Assembly: GCF_006345805.1 (NCBI RefSeq)
Contig: NC_043004.1
Location: 48,794,001-48,858,000 of the forward strand
Direction: 5' to 3'
Source of the DNA: Octopus sinensis
Lineage: Eukaryota
DNA: 64,000 nucleotides
Positions 50,207 to 62,724 of the stretch are shown here, piece by piece (the first letter of the stretch is position 1; every line of letters starts with the position of its first letter). Both the position numbers and the translations under genes were made by a program. The notes below the pieces were generated by a model. That model made no database searches. It saw only the letters and a list, made by a program, of their open reading frames with translations, and had not been told where the DNA came from.

Positions 50207-51489
50207 GGATCTTCTAAATAGAGTTTACTGAAAATTTGTTTAATAAAGTTGAGTTAAATCATGATTATTCTTTTGACAATGCTCAATAGTTCAAATTCAG
50301 AGATTCCTCTATGGGAAAGGAGGGTACAGAAACTCACAGCTTTCCTGGAGATTGAAGGCTATACTTGACCTGAACATAATTTCAGCTCTCAGCCATGACA
50401 AATCTACATCATATAAAGGTGTATATTCTTTTTTTCGCCTCACTTTCTTTCTGACAACTTCTAATCCAAGAGAGAATTTTTTAGTTGATTGACAAAATCC
50501 TTAGTCTCCGATAAAATACCTTGAGGCATTTAGTTGCAGTCTTTTGCATTTTCAATTAAAATTCTGTAGTAGCAATATAATTTACTTTAACATTCTCACA
50601 AATATGTAGCATCCTTTAGTTATGGAAATCAACATTTAATTCTAACTTTAAACTATACATCACCTTTTCCGATATCTGTTCTTTTCCCATAAATTTTCCA
50701 TTACTTGATTTTACCCTATTTTAGTTAGCTTGGGTCCCTAGTCCAATTTAGTAGTCATAAGAGTTTCCTGTTTTGGGAGTTAGTCAGATATTTGTGATGG
50801 AAGTTTCTTGATTAGTGTTTTCTTTCCTCGTTAACATTATAACAAGTTGCTGTATGCTTTTGAATACCTGTGAAATAATAAAAAAAAACCCGTACTTGAA
50901 TAACAGGTAAGGTAACAGCTATAAAACCCTGCCTCAAATAAGTCTCTATCATAGAAAAACAGGCACTAAGTGAATAAATGTATTTATACATGGGAATCTG
51001 TGTGTGTGTGTAATCATTATCATTTTATGCTGGAATGGATAAGACAAGTCACTATGGTCTGAATTATTTCTAATTCAGTGTTACTACCCTCCAAGATAGG
51101 TTTGAAGGGCCATGTCTTGCATTGTATTTTTGGCTTGGTTTCTATGATTGAATGTCTTTCTTACCATCAGAAATATTAAATGGATGAGATGAACAGTGAA
51201 TTGGATTGACTGTGAAAAGCAGTGGTGAAGGAGGCATGGGTGTTAATATCCTTAGGGTGGCTTGGACAAATATTTAAGAATGTATTTCTGTTCATGTAAG
51301 CAAGGTGTAAATCACTGATTTGGCATTTAGGTACATACCAATTGTCTGGCAGATCTTAAGTATCTGTCTCTTCTTCACTAAACACAATCCTCATCTGCCA
51401 TTGGAGCAAGGTTTGTGTTTCACTAATAGCCTCCATTTGATGTCATAGTCTTCAGCTTTCTCCCTCAAAACTTTATGTTCTACAGTATT

Positions 51490-52340
51490 CCGTATTGCTA
51501 GGGTATATCAGAGAACATCAAGATGTGGGTAAGAAGTGAGTGCAGATGAATAATGATATGCTTGCACTTAATGACTCTGAAAAGGAAGAAGGATGGAAGT
51601 ACTACCATGAAAGATTATTAAATGTGGAGAATGCATGGGAAAAGGGAGAATTCCTACTGTGAACTCTAGAGAGGGACCAGGTATCCTAGTTGATTGCAGT
51701 AATATAGATAAGGTATTTAAAGATATGAAGACAGAGGAAAGCCCCTAGTCCATTGGGAATTACTGTTGAGATCTAGTCACCTGTATAGTTAATCAGGTTA
51801 TTCAGGAAGGTGTCATCCCCAGTAAGTGGTGTAGCAGCATTATAGTCAGATACTACAAGGATGAGAGGGATACCTTAGGTAGAAATGATTATAGAGGTAT
51901 CAAATTGCTGGACCAGATCATGACAGTTACAGAGAGAGCTTTAGTTCAATTAATTAGGAATAGAATTAGACTTGAGGAGATGCTAATGAGCAATACTGCT
52001 GCTATTTATTTAGTCAAAAAACTGCAGGAGAAGTATTTAATTAAGGGTAAACCATTGCACTTGGCATTTGTTGACCTGGTCAAAGCCTTCAGCGGAATCC
52101 CTTGTTCCATGATGTGGTTTTCTCTGAGGAAGCTAGGGATAGATGTGAAAGTCATATACAAGGGTGTTGTCAGTAAAGTGATAGTTAGCTATGAGTTCAG
52201 AAGTGGATTTAGAGTATAGATATGAGCGCATCAGAGCTTGGACCTGCTCTGGTAGGGGCATATAATGCATATGGAAGATAATTGTTGCATAAAAAAGCAC
52301 TCCTAAATTAATGGAGCTTTTGGAAGAAGGGTGATGACAG
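51490..52340 (+). mobile_element. RTE-like LINE reverse transcriptase fragment (decayed)
   Basis: WKYYHERLLNVEN, YRGIKLLDQIM, AIYLVKKLQEKY and LAFVDLVKAF. Confidence 0.82.
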
Positions 52341-52974
52341 ATGGACTGTATTCATGGTGACAGATGGTGCTGTAGAAGACTTGACTTCCTAAAGGGTAGT
52401 GTTTATATGTTGAGATATATTGTACCCTGACAATCCTACATTTGCTGTCCTCTCACCTTACATCCTTGCCCCCCCCATGTCTTATCTTCTTCTTTCACCT
52501 TTCTTATCACTCCTAGACTTTCTACCTGTCATCTCCCTATCACCTGTCCTGACTATCCTTATTGCTATCCTCACCTTACTGGTCCTCTCTTCGTTCACTA
52601 AGCCTGTATATAAGAAGCTGCATTGGATCACTCTCTGTCTCCTACCCTATACACTCCAATATTGCTCTGCTGTGTTACCAGCCATCACTCTTTCTCTTCT
52701 TGCTTACCTTTATTGCCACCCATCATTTACTCTTGCCTTTATCTCATTACCTGCCTTTTTTTCCACTTCTGCTATTGCCAATAATTCCCCTCCTGATTCT
52801 ATCACCAAATATCCCAGCATTTTTTACATCATAGTCTTGGTCTTTCACCCTTCCACCCTTTCTGGTTCTTTTGATGTTATTAGTCTACCTGATTAAATGT
52901 ATATACTCGAGCCTATTGGATACCCTTTACTCTTGCATTTACATTCCTAACTCTCCTGTCAACTACCCATTTCT

Positions 52975-53204
52975 TATTTCTTTATTGCCCACAAGGGGCT
53001 AAACACAGAGGGGACAAACAAGGACAAACAAATGGATTAAGTCGATTATATTGACCCCAGTGCATAATTGGTACTTATTTAATCAACCTCGAAAGGATGA
53101 AAGGCAAAGTCGACCTCGGCAGAATTTGAACTCAGAACGTAGCAGCAGATGAAATACCCCTAAGCATATCGCCCGACGTGCTAACGTCTCTGCCAGCTCG
53201 CCAC
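52975..53204 (-). mobile_element. SINE family C
   Basis: Homologous to 33784-34020. Confidence 0.88.
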
Positions 53205-55113
53205 CTACCGTTTCATCAAGTACCATTTCTTACCTTTCTAATGTCATTGCCCTCTCTCCTTCACTGTCCATGCTCATTAGCTTTCTGTGTACTCTGCATT
53301 TACTGTCCTACAAGGTACCCTGCCTCCTGTGTTGATGTGGAAATTACAACCCCCCCCATTCCCTGTGCTTTCTCTACAGTGAATGGTGAACAAGACCTTT
53401 CTAGTGCTGGTGTCATGAAAAATGCATATATGCATGCAATGCACTCTCTAACATGGTTAGTAAATGAGCTGAGAAAGTCGAGGTTGTGAAATCCATTTAC
53501 ACCTGTCTCGCTGGAGACAATTCAACTTCTTTGATATTGGTGCCATGAGAAAATGCTCCAAGTACATGCTGTGAAGTGCTGTGAAGATAGGAAGGCCATT
53601 CAGCTGCAGGAAACAAACTAAATGACATGTACAAGGACAAATTCTAATTGGGAACTACTGCTCCCAATAAGAACTGACATGTGTGTGTGTATATATATGA
53701 TGTTATTGTACACATAATGTTATTGTACTGAAGTGATTATGCATCTGATCATTTTATGTATATACTAGACTACCCATGACCTGTTGGGTCATCGAGAATG
53801 TCTGAATTTCCCAGCAACAGAGTTTTGTTCCTTGGATTTTTTCCTTTTCCAAGTTATTTTGCATGCTTTCAATGAATGTGACATCAAAATCATGCGTAAA
53901 TGGTCCCCAGAAAAGAAAGATTTGGCTGCTATTTTTTGCATGCCCTGCTACCACGTAACAGGTATTATCACAAGTAGAAGGGCATGCTAGAAATAGCAGC
54001 CAAATCTTTGGAGGTGAGATACGTTGAATGCACTAAAAAAAAACCTATGGAAAAAAATTATTTCACACAGAGGTTACAAACAGGCCTTTTTACAAAATAT
54101 TTACCATATTTTTAAAGTCATTTTCACTTTAAAATATTTTTTAAATATGCCAAAGAAAAATTTTGTAATGGTATCCACTTGGAAATAATTTTAAAGAAAA
54201 TTAAAATATTGTCTGTTTAAAGAAAGCTAAAATATAAATACTTACTGTAAAAACAATTTAAATTTTTGAAATCACATTCACTTAAAAATATTTCTAAATG
54301 ATTAAAATACTGTTTAACAAAAATAAAAATAGAAACATTTACTGTAAAAAACAAATCATATTTTTTCATTGTCAAGTCACTGTGTTTAATCGAAAGGTAA
54401 GAGTTTCTTCCCTTTCAGGGTTAAGTTATTTTCAGAGAGTTTTCCCATTATGCACTGTTTTGGGTATTTATATCCTGTAAACCCATAATATCTCAATAAC
54501 CAGTTGTTCGATTTACACAATACTTGTTTTATTCTGTTCATGTTCACATTTCAGGGCAACTTAATTCATAGCACTTTCCGATTATGTGTCAGTTTGGCTG
54601 AGTAACATTGCAAGCAAGCAAGCAAAATTTAAGCTCGCTTTTAAAGCATTATAGATACTGTACATCTATAATTATTGTGTAATTACTTGTGTATGTACAG
54701 GGTGTGGTGAATAAACTGTTTTTCAAAAATGAAATTAACATTGACATCTCATTTTAATATATATTTACCAAAATTTCATAGAAATATCTTGAAATATTCA
54801 AGAGTAAATTTATTCAATAAAATCACCATTGGCTTCAACCATGGCCTCTACATGACTTTGGAATCTCCTGCAACTCTTCTCATCATTGGATTTAACATCC
54901 ACTGTTCCATACGTAGGTCAGATGGAATTTATTGAGGCACATTTTCTACAGCTGGATACCTTTCTAATCACCAGTCCCCACCTGTTTCCAATTAAGGTAA
55001 TATTTCCCATGACCAGGTGGAAGATTGGGAACAAAGGACACTGCTTGCATATTGGCGACATTCATTTACAGCTATCACATAATGTCAATGCAAGGAGACA
55101 GTAACATGCATAT

Positions 55114-55156
<43 letters not shown>

Positions 55157-55453
55157 TAATAGGCTTCTTTCACAGTTCACATGTACCAAATCCACTCACA
55201 AAGCTTTGGTTAGCTTGTAGCTATAATAGAAACCATTTGCCCAAGGTGTCACACAGTGGGACTGAACCTGAAACTATATGGTTTGGAAGCAAACTTCTCA
55301 GATCATCTTCACGATGTAATCCTCTCCTATCACTGGGAACAGCTCTTCAAATTATGTTTGTTTATTGAGTCAGTTACACTCATAGGGATGTGAAACAGAT
55401 GACTGGCACAATTATTTAATCAAATTTTAGGGCCATTTTCTAATACAGTAGAT

Positions 55454-55632
55454 CAGTGGTTCCCAAACTATGAGTCGCGAACGGAATCTTAGTGGGTCGC
55501 AAAAAGTTATAAAATTACGCATTAGCTTTGATTAACTGCTGTCTATGTTTTTACTCAGTAGAGTTAAGTGGGTCGACATAAACTGGTGTGATAAATAGTG
55601 GGTCGTGACTCTAAAAAGTTTGGGAACCACTG
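55454..55632. mobile_element. hAT-type MITE
   Basis: TIR CAGTGGTTCCCAAACT / AGTTTGGGAACCACTG with perfect 8-bp TSD CAGTAGAT. Confidence 0.92.
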
Positions 55633-55843
55633 CAGTAGATGAAACCAAAGCCAGTCTTTGTAATGTTTTTGGCAAATTTGAGGGCAGTCTGCAGGTGTAA
55701 CTGCAGGATAGATAGTAATTTCCAATGTCAAACTGGATAATTATTGTCTTGTGTTTATCTTCAACCAGTTCATCACCTTGGGTATGCTAATCCCCTGGTG
55801 GAGTTGGGTATGTTGTTTGATAATGGTATAATTCTATCCAGAA

Positions 55844-56260
55844 AGGCGGCGAGCTGGCAGAAACGTTAGCACGCCGGGCGAAATGCGTAGCCGTATTTTG
55901 TCTGCCGTTATGTTCTGAGTTCAAATTCCGCCGAGGTTGGCTCTGCCTTTCATCCTTTCAGGGTCGATTAAATAAGTACCAGTTACGGACTGGGGTCGAT
56001 GTAATCGACTTAATCCGTTTGTCTGTCCTTGTTTGTCCTCTCTCTGTTTAGCCCCTTGTGAGTAGTAAAGAAATAGGTATTTCGTCTGCCACTACGTTCT
56101 GAGTTCAAATTCCGCCGAGGTTGGCTCTGCCTTTCATCCTTTCGGGGTCGATTAAATAAGTACCAGTTACGGACTGGGGGTCGATATAATTGACTTAATC
56201 CGTTTGTCTGTCCTTGTTTGTCCTCTCTCTGTTTAGCCCCTTGTGAGTAGTAAAGAAATA
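55844..56260 (+). mobile_element. SINE family C partial dimer within a single TSD
   Basis: Full copy 55844-56075 plus 5'-truncated copy 56076-56260; 19-bp TSD GGTATAATTCTATCCAGAA. Confidence 0.9.
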
Positions 56261-56837
56261 GGTATAATTCTATCCAGAATATTTTTACTGATATAATTGG
56301 TATCAGACATAGTCAGGTTGATGAGAGAGAAGTCTGGTTTGTGATCTTTCACAAAAAGTTCAGTTTGCTCACAGTAAGATTCACTGGTTCAGTTCAGTCT
56401 TTTATGCTGAAATAGGAGGTCATTTGGTATCTTTCATTATTAAAGCCATACAGCATAATATTTGATGCTTTTCCATACTTGCAAGTCAACTTGTTTCATA
56501 AATTAATAGTAGTAGTCATAGATTCCATGGAATAAGTTTCTAGTCTTGTTCAAGTAGATGAGTTCATATTTCATGTGATGCAAATTTGCAGATTTTTTTT
56601 TCTTCTTTAGGTTCTGCTGAAATTTGTTTGTTTGTTTCCTGAAAGTAGTTAATTTGGTAAGAGGTTTGCTTCCAAGTTGGCTTGAAGAGTATTGGGGGCT
56701 GGTTTAAGTCCTGAAACTGGATTTTGGCTGGTTATAGTCATGATGTTGTTCTCAATTATTATAGAAGGTATGCTGTCTTAGTCACCTGATGAATGTGTTT
56801 GGCTTTTGCATTAGGATTTTAAGGTATACGTTACTCA

Positions 56838-56997
56838 TGTGGTGTGTGTGTGTGTGTGTGTGTGTCCGTGTGTGTACACATACATACATACATATACATT
56901 TAAATTTATATATAGATGTCTGGCTATACATATATGTGTATATACAAATAAGGATATATATATATAAATGCATGTATATGTATATTTGTGTGTGTGC

Positions 56998-57034
<37 letters not shown>

Positions 57035-57240
57035 CACACACACACACATGTATTTATATACATATATATGTAATGGATATATATGTCTATGAATATATGT
57101 ATGTACCTATGTATATTACTATGTATGTATAAACATGTACATATGTATATATTGATGCACATATATATACATATGTATATATTTACGCATATGTATATGT
57201 GTATACACACACACACACACACGTAGATGTGTGTGTGTCT
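56838..57240. repeat. Compound TG/TA/CA low-complexity tract
   Basis: Direct reading. Confidence 0.85.
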
Positions 57241-58199
57241 GTGATTAGTGTCAATATATTTACCTTCTGTAGACTCGATAAAATGTCTCTTTATCAATTG
57301 TGTGTTGCAGTAGAGAATTGCCATAAAATAACAAACAAGGTGTAATATCTTTATCTCATTCTTCGATCAGACTGCAGTTGCAATGCTGCCAAAAAAACAT
57401 TGCACTTGACGTCATGTTAGGAAGATTTCCAGCATAATTAGAAACTATTAACTACAAGTTTTTACTAACTACAAATGCTACAGAATCTGGCAGCCTCTCA
57501 TAAACTCTCTCTCTCTCTCCTCTTTCGCTCCCCCTTCTCTCTCTCACACACACACACATTCTCTTAGTCTCTGTCTGCCTGTCTCTGTCTCTCTCTCACT
57601 TGCTCTTATTCTCTCTCTCTTTCCCACCCTCTCTCTTTCTCTCAGCAATTCAGTCATGTTGGTTCAAAGGTAAATTGTGTTTGGACAGCAACTGAATGTT
57701 TAGACAGTTTTTTTAGTGGATGTTTCTAGGTCTGAGACAACTTTATCAATAGAATATTATTATGTATATTGATCACATTGTTTTGTCTTTTTATCTACAC
57801 TGTTTTTTCTTGATATATTTTTCACATCTTTCAACTATCATCCTCTTACACACACACACACCACACACACACACACTCATATCTGGCTTGGACTGAATTC
57901 ACAAACCTTTTGTTTGTATTAGATTTTAATGCACTAATGCACTGTCCCGTAGTCCCATGCAGTAGGTACATAAGTACATATATATGTATATCAGACATAG
58001 AGGTAATTTGCTTTCATTTCAGTCCTCAAAGCCTTATTGTGTGCTACACAGTAAATGCTTCGTTTACTGCTGTCTGGTCTCCTGTAGTACTATTACCTGC
58101 TACTTCTTCCAATTTCTTGCTTTCCTTTACAATTCTCTAATCTATCTTGGGAACGTCCTTCTAAAACAGTTTGTAATATCTATTGAACTACATACATAT

Positions 58200-58418
58200 T
58201 ACTCTTTTACTCTTTTACTTGTTTCTGTCTTGTGATTGTGGCCATGCTGGAGCACTGCCTTTAGTCGAGCAAAGCGACCCCCAGGACTTATTCTTTGCAA
58301 GCCTAATACTCATTCTATCGGTCTCTTTTGCCGAACCGCTAAGTTATGGGGGACATAAACACACCAGCATCAGTTGTCAAGCGATGTTGAGGAGACAAAC
58401 AAAGACACACAAACATAT

Positions 58419-58467
<49 letters not shown>

Positions 58468-58631
58468 CGACGGGCTTCTTTCAGTTTCTGTCTACCAAAT
58501 CCACTCAGAAGGCTTTGGTTAGCCCGAGGCTATATCAGAAGGCACTCACCCAAGGTGCCATGCAGTGGGATTGTACCCGGAACCATGTAGTTGATAAGCA
58601 AGCTACTTACCACACAGCCACTCCTACGCCT
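58200..58631 (-). mobile_element. SINE family A, full length
   Basis: Complete copy with internal (CA)n(TA)n. Confidence 0.9.
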
Positions 58632-58896
58632 ACGCATGTTGTATAAAATCTGAATTTATCATTTCCCTCTGATCAGATTTCCATTAATCTTCTATTGTAG
58701 TCATCCTGCTAATCCTTTTTTTAATCCTTATGTCATCATGTTTCTGTTGAAATACATTGCCTTGGTTTCAGTTAATTTTGTAAAAATTGAAGAATCTAGT
58801 TAAATAAGTTTGTTGTTATTAATCTGGTGTTTGAAATTTGAATTAGCATGAAATTTTTATGGAGGGTTAGGAAGCCATCAAAGACCCAGAAAGTCT

Positions 58897-59713
58897 ATGG
58901 TTTGACAAGAATTAGACTGTCTCTATTTTATTTATTAGAAATTAACTTTCATAGTGAGGAAGCTCAAACAGTTTAAAGGGACAAAAATACCCTATTGAGC
59001 TTTATGTTATTATGTAAATTTGGAGGCGCAATGGCCCAGTGGTTAGGGCAGCGGACTCGCGGTCATAGGATTGCGGTTTCGATTCCCAGACCGGGCGTTG
59101 TGAGTGTTTATTGAGCGAAAACACCTAAAAGCTCCACGAGGCTCCGGCAGGGATGATGGTGATCCCTGTTGTACTCTTTCACCACAACTGTCTCTCACTC
59201 TTACTTCCTGTTTCTGTTGTACCTGTATTTCAAGGGGCCGGCCTTGTCACTCTCTGTGTCACGCTGAATATCCCCGAGAACTACGTTAAGGGTACACGTG
59301 TCTGTGGAGTGCTCAGCCACTTACACCTTAATTTCACGAGCAGGCTGTTCCGTTGATTCGGATCAACCGGAACCCTCATTGTTGTAACCGACGGAGTGCT
59401 TCCATCCATTATGTAAATTTATTATTATTTAATTTACTTTTTAAATTAGTATATTAGTTGTTATTGAGATTTATTTAAAATTAACTATGGTTGGGGTGAT
59501 CAAGGAATAAGATGTTGAATTAGTGAATTAGTTTAACTTCCTTAAAATATAAGTTTTATACAATGATAAACAAAATCTTTTGCTTATAAGGTAAGTTACC
59601 AGAGGGATAACAGCATAATTTTTTTTTTTTTTTGAGAGTTCATATTGAAAAAAGAGATTACAACCTTGATGTTGGATTAAAATTAACCTTAATCATGTAA
59701 ATGTAGCCTTGTA
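58897..59713 (+). pseudogene. rrnL: NUMT: mitochondrial 16S rRNA fragment interrupted by a SINE
   Basis: Colinear mt-16S motifs ATGGTTTGAC, CTGTCTC, GGGAC..AA.ACCCTATTGAGCTT, GTTGGGGTGATCAAGGAATAA, TAAGTTACC..AGGGATAACAGC.TAAT, GAGAGTTCATATTG and GATGTTGGATTAA. Confidence 0.92.
59022..59407 (+). mobile_element. SINE family D, tail type 3, inserted in the NUMT
   Basis: tRNA-like head GGAGGCGCAATGGCCCAGTGGTTAGGGC...TTCGATTCCC; 13-bp TSD ATTATGTAAATTT at 59009-59021 and 59408-59420. Confidence 0.92.
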
Positions 59714-60226
59714 ATCCATCCACCCATCCATCCATCTATCCACCCATCCATCCATCCATCTACCCATCCATCCACCCACCCATCCATCCATCCACTCATC
59801 CACCCATCCATCCACCCACTCATCCATCCACCCATCCATCCACCCACTCATCCATCCACCTATCCACCCATCCACCCACCCACTCATCCATCCACCTATC
59901 CACCCATCCATCCATCCACCCATCCATCCATCCACCCATCCATCCACCCATCCACCCATCCATCCCTCCATCCACCCATCCACCCACTCATCCATCCATC
60001 CACCCACTCATCCATCCATCCATCCATCCATCCATCCAAGCATCAACCCACCTACCCATCCATCCACCCACCCATCCATCCATCCATCCACCCATCCATC
60101 CCTCCATCCACCCATCCATCCATCCAAGCATCAACCCACCCACCCATCCATCCACCCACCCATCCATCCACCCACCCATCCATCCATCCACCAATCCATC
60201 CACCCACCCACCCATCCATCCATCCA
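59714..60226. repeat. (CCAT/CCAC)n tetranucleotide array
   Basis: Direct reading. Confidence 0.95.
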
Positions 60227-61690
60227 TGTCTTGGCTAGGTTTTGCTACTGCACAGCAATTTACTCCTGTGGTATCTTATTTCTGTCACTGCTTCAATAAA
60301 TTATGTTTTATACCCTAGTAACACATTAAAACCACTGTTAATTTATATAAAAACAATTGTGAGGGAAGAGTTACTTTTTAGTTTGCATTTTCTTACTTTT
60401 TTGTTTTTTTGGCTCACATTTTTACCGAAAGACATTATCAGAGTGAATTTCGGTGTTTTTAGGTGTCATGTTTCTGTTTACAAACAGCAGCTTCACTGGT
60501 GAAGACAGATTTTGACTGATGTTGCAGACATCTGATGCTGGTAGTAGTAATGGTGGTGGTGAAGCTTCTTTTGTAAGTGAAGCAGTGCTGGCCTGTAGCT
60601 GTTGCTTTTTGATATATTGGTATTTTAATACATTTCTCTGCAATACAGTAGTATGTCGAAGGATGTTTGGTTTATCAGTGTTTCCTTTCTACTAAATTGC
60701 ATGCAATTATATACAGAGTTTTTATAATCTTATAAACCATAGCTACACTCATAAGTGAGTAGGATCTAGTAGCATAGTACCATGCTTTTGATATCTGTTT
60801 TTGGTGCCTGTGAGCAAGAACAGGCAGCCTCCCTGCTCCTCCTACCTCATTGACCAGTGAAATATTGTGAAGTTGACAGTCGGAGAGTGAGAAGGTTGCA
60901 CCCACCAGTACATGGCTAGTATTCATGTTCAGCGGAGTTGACTGCTTTCAGCTGAGTTCACTGGAGTATTTTGAAATGAAGCGTCTGGCACAAGGACACA
61001 TCATGCTATCAGATCTAGGAATTGAATTCATGAGTTTAAAATCTGGAGTTTAGCTCCCAAACCACTAGGATATGAACCATCGCTTACATAATTTTATATA
61101 GGTTAAATATTATCCTGATAGACCCAGATTTAGGAACTTTTGATTCGATTAGAAAGCCTTTCATGAGGTCTGTTTAGTTAATAACTGACGTTTAGACTGC
61201 CACAGAATAAAGGAAGGTACAAAGGTAAGATAGACTCTATTAAATCACAGTATCAACCAGACCATCACTTGCTATCATACACCACTGGTCCCAATGTACT
61301 TGTAATTCTACCTTGATTGCACCATTCTTTTCCATCTTGACCCAAATCACTTAACTAAATCATTTTCCCTTCACCATGAAGGCCCTTCCAGTTGGCCTTT
61401 TCAGGTCTTTCAGATACCGCTTGCCAACTGCATATGTCCACTTGTTGTCTGTGAGCCTTGCGACATGTTCAGTTCTGCAAAACTTGTGCATTTGAAGATC
61501 TGTAATCATGTTGTTCACTCCACTCCATTCTTAAATTATCTTATTTCAAACATGTTGTTGTAATGATATTCCTGGCACGAATCTTGTCCATGGATTTTTG
61601 TGTCATAGCCAATCAATGTTCTGTCCTCTTTGTGGCAACCTAAGTCTCATTTGTGTATAAGAACACAGGTATGTAAATCATACTAATGTA

Positions 61691-61726
<36 letters not shown>

Positions 61727-62071
61727 TTGATGATGATATCATCAATATTGTAAGTCAATGATACCACCAGTGCGTTATTAATATGTCCATGAAGAGTATT
61801 AATAACGATGACTAGATTTTGTCAATGAGCTATAGCTAAACTGGATATGTACAGTGGAAAACTAATCATGAAATGCATATATACTTACACACACGCACAC
61901 ATTCGTTTTGGCCACTTCTTCATTCTTGAGTTCAGCTGTTGGTTGAAACATTTCAGAATTGATCTCATGCACGACCATCATTAGTGAATCAGGCTCGCTA
62001 GTGACCTACTCTTCTTTGGCATAGATGTTATATACATACATTCATACCATCATCATCATCTCAGTCATCAT

Positions 62072-62489
62072 GGATCTTTTCGGTTTGAACGGCAGTTTTT
62101 AACATAATTTCTAGCTAACTAAAAAATTTTCAACTTCGTATACTGGTAGAATGTGTTTATAAAACATCTTTTTCTCTTGGTTTTATTGAGAAAATTCTAT
62201 AGTTTGTAAGATATTTGTTGTTCTTTTCTTCAATTTCTGCAATTTCAACCAATCACTGACGTCCATTGAGGTAAAAAAAACATTCTGTGCCGTATGAATA
62301 TGTCCCTCGTTTAAGAAACAGATTGGGTTTATTTACATTTCTGAAGAAAAAAAGATACCCTTCCCCCCAGCCCTAACCCTAACCCTAAAACAGATTGAAA
62401 TGCAATAGATCGATTCTAGGGTCATAATTATGGGTGACAATTTCATATGACACCGCTAGAAAAAACTGCCGTTCAAACCGAAAAGATCC
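62072..62489. mobile_element. Non-autonomous DNA transposon with 29-bp perfect TIRs and internal (CCCTAA)3
   Basis: GGATCTTTTCGGTTTGAACGGCAGTTTTT and its exact reverse complement; flanks GTCATCAT / ATCATCAT. Confidence 0.88.
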
Positions 62490-62503
62490 ATCATCATTAT
62501 CAT

Positions 62504-62724
62504 TTAACCCTTTAGCATTTAAATCGGCCATATCCAGCCAATATAGTTTACTTGTTTGATGTTCATATTGGATAGATCCAGCCTTTTGTACATAGCCTAC
62601 AATGTCATTCAAGAAATAAAGTCATTGAAATCTTGAAGCTCTGAGATAATGCATGATTAATTCAAAACAATGTGAATAAATAAGCACTACATTTGACAGA
62701 GAAATCTGAGTGCTTAAGGGTTAA
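62504..62724. mobile_element. piggyBac-type MITE family 2
   Basis: TTAA-CCCTTTAGCA...TGCTTAAGGG-TTAA. Confidence 0.85.

Noticed and set aside
52420-52896. 158-aa hydrophobic membrane-protein ORF
   Set aside because: A pyrimidine-rich low-complexity tract yields Leu/Ser/Pro/Ile codons; non-ATG start and no recognisable motif.
56611-56656. Coding exon between a strong acceptor and GTAAGA
   Set aside because: Stop codons in all three frames; a non-coding exon cannot be excluded.
58897-59713. Functional rRNA gene or mitochondrial contamination
   Set aside because: Partial, mutated at conserved positions, split by a SINE with a TSD and flanked by nuclear repeats.
61270-61630. Possible additional transposase remnant on the minus strand
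   Set aside because: Too degenerate to identify motifs or termini.
62372-62389. Telomere or chromosome-fusion scar
   Set aside because: Only three units, inside a TIR element.
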